Source: Phoronis australis
Taxonomy: Eukaryota > Animalia > Phoronida
Length of the DNA stretch: 64,000 nt
Direction of reading: 5' to 3'
Assembly: GCA_002633005.1 (NCBI GenBank)
Contig: NMRA01000364.1
Coordinates: forward strand, 317,383-381,382
Part shown: piece after piece, positions 62,081 to 64,000 of the stretch
Layout: each line of letters opens with the position of its first letter
Position numbering within the stretch: the first letter of the stretch is position 1
Notes under the pieces: generated by a model
Seen by the model: the letters and a program-made list of their open reading frames with translations, nothing else
Databases searched by the model: none
What the model was told of the DNA's origin: nothing
Position numbers and translations under genes: made by a program

Positions 62081-63356
62081 TTTTTTTATGCGCCCACATA
62101 TTTATATGTGGACGCATTATGCAGTCTTCTCTGTCCGTCCGGGCAGCTTCCGTCCAGCGTCCGCTGCTCTATCTCCAAAACCCTTTGACATACATTCATG
62201 AAATTTTGCACATATGTTCCATTTATGAATGGGACGGCATGAGCGAACTTTCGGACGGATTCGAGTACCGGTGTGCCCCCTAGTGGCAGTGGCAATTTTA
62301 GTTTTTTACGCTTACCTTTTTATCTTCAAAAGTCCTGAACGGATTTTCATGAAATTTGGTATGTAGGCACCTATTAGTGAGATGACGCTATCCCCCCGTT
62401 TTCGGATGGATTCGACGTAGTTTGCACCACCTAGTGGCCAATTTTACTGTTTTCGAGTCTGGTTTTTTGCGCCAACCCCTCTATCAACCAAACCGCTCAA
62501 AGGATGATTGTGAAAATTGGCATGTATGTTCTTACTATGAAGAAGACGGTTGACAATGATTTTCAGACAATTTTGACTACTGTGGCGCCTCCTAGTGGCA
62601 GTTTTGTTTATTTTTTTGCCCCTATGGCTGTATCTCCCAAACCGTTCGCAGGATCTTTACTTAATTTAGCAAGTGTATTTATATGATGTTGGCTACAGAT
62701 GACGACGATTTTCGGACAGATCAGACTACTGCTGTGCCCTCTAGTGGCAATTTTAGCTTTTTACTTTTAACTCCGTATCTTCAAAGGTCATCAACAGATT
62801 TTCATAAAATTTTAAATATAGGCATCTATTGGTGTGATGACGCTATCTTCCTGTTTTTGGATGGAATCGAGGTATTTTGCACCACATAGTGGCCATTTTT
62901 GCTGTTTTCAAATCTTGTTTTTGGTGTCCACCGCTGTATCAACCAAATCATTTGTGAAGACAACCTTTGATGATGGTGACTGACTACTGTGGCGCCTCCT
63001 AGTGGTAGTTTTGTTTTGCGCCCACAGTTGTATCTCCTAAACCCACTGCAGGATCTTTACGAAATTTAGTAAGTGTATTTATAAGAAGATAACAACAGAC
63101 GACAACGACGACTTTCAGGCGGACCCAACGGACACTTTTCCCACTAGTGGAAATTTAATTTTATTCTGTTTTCCTTTGTTTCTCTGAAGTTCCTTGACAC
63201 ATTTTTATGAAATATGGCATGTTCCTATTTTTGGATGGATTGTATGTTTTTGCGTCATCTAGTGGCCATTTTTATGAAACAAATAAATAACCCTAAAAGC
63301 ACACCATTTGCAATGCATTCGTGGTCGGATTTCAACGCTCCGCGTTGCTCTTGTTT
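62081..63356 (+). mobile_element. Non-autonomous Helentron-like (HINE/DINE-1-type) element with ~150-bp internal tandem repeats
   Basis: Starts in a T run; 5' hairpin ATGCGCCCACATA/TATGTGGACGCAT; GTCC-type microrepeat; internal array; 3' stem-loop CAACGC-TCC-GCGTTG followed by CTCTTGTTT. Confidence 0.75.
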
Positions 63357-63609
63357 GCTTGGAATAAAGCTTTGCAATGTGGCTTGTTGCAGCATGTCAT
63401 TTTTTGTGCTGAGCATAATCTCAACGAAGAACATACTGTCAGTTTTTTTGCAAACTCAGAAGTCACTTCTCGTCTAAGTAAGGAACAGTTGAGACCAATT
63501 TTTTCATGGATAGTGGTCTAATTGAAAAGTTCACTTCTTGGACGTAACTCTTGTTTATAGCTGCTTTAAGTTGCTTAATTAGTTTCAAATGATGCACATC
63601 CAGAAGGAA

Positions 63610-64000
63610 TTTTTATGCAGCCACATATTTGTATGTAGATGTATTATGCCGTCATCCCTGTCCAGCGTCTGCCATCTGCTGCTCTATCCAAAACCCTTTG
63701 ACGTATGTTTATGAAATTATGCATGTGTTCCTTTCATGAATGGAACGACATGAGCGCATTTTCAGGCTGCCTCTGTCTATTGGTGTCTCCTAGTGACAAT
63801 TTTAGTTTTTAACGTTAACTCTGTATGTTCAAAGGTCCTTGACGGATGTTCATAAAATTTGGTATGTAGGCATCTACAGTGAGATGAAGATATCCTCTCG
63901 TTTTCAGCTGGATTTGAGTTATTTTGCGCCACATAGTTGCCATTTTTACTGTTTTTGAGTCTGTGTTTTGGCATCTGCCAAACCACTCTAAGGATGATTG
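63610..64000 (+). mobile_element. Second, more diverged copy of the same Helentron-like element, cut by the window end
   Basis: TTTTTATGCAGCCACATATTTGTATGT...CTGCTCTATCCAAAACCCTTTGAC aligns collinearly with 62083 to ~62510. Confidence 0.75.

Overview
This is animal (invertebrate bilaterian-type) genomic DNA, not prokaryotic: GT-AG introns, microsatellites and many non-autonomous DNA transposons. Two genes lie head-to-head about 2.7 kb apart. (1) Minus strand: a complete Axin gene with 10 coding exons (44940 to 16153, 2778 nt, 925 aa, every splice phase consistent) plus a probable non-coding first exon near 46.6 kb. It encodes tankyrase-binding, RGS, GSK3-binding, beta-catenin-binding and DIX regions. 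(2) Plus strand: a group I penta-EF-hand gene (peflin/ALG-2 type) with a GQYGAPPA-repeat N-terminus; six coding exons span 49459-60032 and the last exon was not found, so it is probably beyond the window. Bases 1-14 kb hold repeats and no recognisable protein gene. Best leads: a Helentron-like element with a ~150-bp-periodic, co-oriented array of CTCF-like motifs; a TAGGCAA...TTGCCTA element with 9-bp TSDs inserted into an inverted copy of itself; a cluster of TCF/LEF sites in Axin; and a Met-Ile-stop uORF 6 nt before the Axin ATG. I found no wholly new multi-gene system. All calls are by eye, with no database searches.
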